From Candidatus Omnitrophota bacterium (GTDB lineage: Bacteria; Omnitrophota; Gorgyraeia; Gygaellales; Profunditerraquicolaceae): a DNA stretch of 64,000 nt. Below the pieces are notes generated by a model that saw only the letters and a program-made list of their open reading frames with translations, was not told the DNA's origin and did no database searches. The translations under genes were made by a program, and so were the position numbers. This document shows, piece after piece, positions 62,256-64,000 of this stretch (position 1 is its first letter; each line of letters begins with the position of its first letter). The stretch lies in the NCBI GenBank assembly GCA_041651035.1, contig JBAZKC010000001.1:387244-451243 (forward strand). The letters run 5' to 3'.

Positions 62256-64000
62256 CTAGGCTTCTTTTTTCTTCTTTTCTTCAATCAGTTTCTGGGCGAT
62301 CTCCTGGGGCACCTGAAGATATTTGGAGAATTCCATGGTGGCGTTGGCGCGGCCGCTGGAAAGAGAGCGGAAAGCCGTAGCATAACCGAACATCTCAGCC
62401 AGCGGGACCTCAGCGGAGATTATTTTTTGTTTGCCTTTCGGTTCAGCGTTCAATATTTTCCCGCGGCGCGAACATATATAGCCTATACAGGCGTTGGCAT
62501 ATTCTTCGATCGTAGAGACCTCCAAAGACATATACGGTTCTAATAATATGGGTTTTGCTTTCAGGAAAGCTTCTTTAAACCCGAATATCCCGGCCATTTT
62601 AAAGGCCAGTTCCGAAGAATCTACATCGTGGAACGAACCGTCGTATAGTTCTACTTTTACGTCTACAACAGGATAGCCGACATAAACACCCCTTTCCATG
62701 GCCTCAATTACCCCTTTTTCAATCGCTGGAATAAACGAACGGGGGATCGCGCCTCCTTTTATACTATCAATAAATTCAAATCCTTCTCCGGAGTTGGCGG
62801 GGGACAATTTTAATAAAACATGCCCGTATTGGCCGCGGCCGCCGGACTGCTTTATATATTTGCCTTCGCCCTCGGCTTTATCCAGTATGGTTTCCCGATA
62901 CGCCACTTTGGGCTGGCCCACGATCGCCTCAACCCCGAATTCTTCTTTCAGCCTGTCTACGATTATTTCCAGATGCAGCTCACCCATTCCAGTGAGCACC
63001 ACTTCTTTGGTTTCCTCATCGCTATGCACTAAAAACGTGGGGTCTTCCTCAGTCAATTTAGCCAAGCCCTTACCGAGCTTATCCTGATCCGAGCGGCTTT
63101 TAGGAGCGATGCTTAAGGATACAACCGGTGTCGGGAACTGTATCGCCTCTAAAAGAACTGGATTATCCGGATCGCAAAGCGTGTCTCCAGTAACGGTATT
63201 AGCCAGGCCCGCGACCGCCACGATATCCCCGGCAAAAGCATAATCTATATTTTCCCTCTGGTTGGCGTGCATCTGCACGATACGAGAGACCCTTTCTTTT
63301 TTATTTTTTGTGGAATTCAAGACATATATCCCGGTATCCAGAATTCCGGAATAAACCCGCACATAAACGATCTTGCCCATATGCGGGTCAGCCTGCACCT
63401 TAAAAGCCAGCCCCGAAAACGGTTCGTTAAAATCCGGATGGCGCGGAATTTTCTTATCCTTATCTTCAATATCATGCCCCTCTACAGCCGGCAGATCTAA
63501 AGGCGAAGGCAGATATAAAGTTACCGCGTCAAGCAGGTTCTGCACGCCCTTGTTCTTAAATGCCGCTCCGCATAAAACCGGGACAGCTTTATTGGCAATA
63601 GTGCCGATACGTAAAGCCTTCTTTAATTCTTCGGCGGAGATCTCTTTTTCTCCGGAATCAATATACTTTTTCAACAACGTTTCATCAAAAGCAGCTATCT
63701 TTTCCACCATAATATGGCGGAACTCTTTGGCTTTTTCCAGATACTCCTGCGGGATTTCTTCAACGCGTGTTTGTTTTCCCTGCGACTCTTCTTCATAATA
63801 ACAGGCCTTCATTTCCAGAAGATCAATTACCCCGAGAAAATTATCTTCCGCGCCTATAGGGATCTCCAGCGGCACGGGGTTGCCGCTTAAGTCCACTTCA
63901 ATACCCTTTAATACTCCATAGAAATCCGCTCCGGTACGGTCCATCTTATTTATAAAAGCGATCTTGGGGACATTATATTTATCGGATTGGTGCCAGACAG
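62256..64000 (-). CDS. fusA: elongation factor G (canonical), 5' end beyond window
   Basis: Domains II-V of EF-G with high-conservation blocks (VYSGILDTGIYVLNSTKNKKERVSRI, GMGELHLEIIVDRL, GGRGQYGHV, loop VAYRETI). The ORF's first Met (MDRTGADFYGV) is the internal IMDRIGANF position of EF-G, so the gene continues past 64000. Confidence 0.85.
   Translation of the reverse strand, partial: VWHQSDKYNVPKIAFINKMDRTGADFYGVLKGIEVDLSGNPVPLEIPIGAEDNFLGVIDLLEMKACYYEEESQGKQTRVEEIPQEYLEKAKEFRHIMVEKIAAFDETLLKKYIDSGEKEISAEELKKALRIGTIANKAVPVLCGAAFKNKGVQNLLDAVTLYLPSPLDLPAVEGHDIEDKDKKIPRHPDFNEPFSGLAFKVQADPHMGKIVYVRVYSGILDTGIYVLNSTKNKKERVSRIVQMHANQRENIDYAFAGDIVAVAGLANTVTGDTLCDPDNPVLLEAIQFPTPVVSLSIAPKSRSDQDKLGKGLAKLTEEDPTFLVHSDEETKEVVLTGMGELHLEIIVDRLKEEFGVEAIVGQPKVAYRETILDKAEGEGKYIKQSGGRGQYGHVLLKLSPANSGEGFEFIDSIKGGAIPRSFIPAIEKGVIEAMERGVYVGYPVVDVKVELYDGSFHDVDSSELAFKMAGIFGFKEAFLKAKPILLEPYMSLEVSTIEEYANACIGYICSRRGKILNAEPKGKQKIISAEVPLAEMFGYATAFRSLSSGRANATMEFSKYLQVPQEIAQKLIEEKKKKEA

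Noticed and set aside
1-64000. CRISPR arrays, tRNA/rRNA genes, IS elements/transposases, integrases
   Set aside because: No direct-repeat/spacer periodicity, no tRNA-like cloverleaf regions in the few intergenic gaps (all under 170 bp), and no transposase/integrase-like translations in any frame.

Overview
The window is gene-dense and almost entirely minus-strand, probably from an uncultivated, likely anaerobic, didermic bacterium. The diderm call rests on outer-membrane-type proteins ending in C-terminal Phe, WecA/Wzm/Wzt/O-antigen-ligase-type genes, KamA and many radical SAM enzymes. The flanks carry housekeeping genes. The 5' flank has the F0 ATP synthase a/c/b genes, folE, mnmE, folC and purH, plus an EF-G paralog and a YchF remnant. 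The 3' flank has pabBC, canonical fusA (partial), an Nth-like glycosylase and an M20 peptidase. The centre (about 13.4-47.3 kb) is one long glycan assembly/export locus. It encodes a WecA/MraY-type initiating transferase, five GT4 and three GT2 glycosyltransferases, and two DegT-family aminotransferases. It also encodes a eukaryotic-type UDP-galactopyranose mutase, a Wzy_C/O-antigen-ligase-like protein and a Wzm/Wzt ABC exporter whose ATPase carries a tandemly duplicated C-terminal domain. Four very large polytopic membrane proteins are present (two paralogous YfhO-like proteins, one PMT/ArnT-like GT-C with TPR repeats, one unassigned). Most unusually, the locus holds six radical SAM enzymes: two B12-binding and four SPASM/twitch-type, with no precursor-peptide ORFs anywhere near them. 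Inside it, a GT2 / YdjC-deacetylase / B12-radical-SAM trio has the same gene order as the hopanoid cyclitol-ether module HpnI-HpnK-HpnJ, but there is no hopanoid context. Immediately upstream, a genuine lysine 2,3-aminomutase (kamA) is translationally coupled to two tandem Ddl-family ATP-grasp ligases. That pairing suggests beta-lysine is ligated into a peptide or amide-linked onto the glycan. Other oddities are an EF-G paralog whose catalytic His is replaced (DTPGYADF) and, next to it, a YchF lacking most of its G domain. There is also a PilZ-TM-coiled-coil protein with a large periplasmic C-terminal domain, and a DEDDh exonuclease::WYL-like fusion in an overlapping operon with a DUF2156-like protein, a YkgJ Cys-cluster protein and a CsaA-like tRNA-binding protein. 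No rRNA, tRNA, CRISPR array or transposase was recognised.
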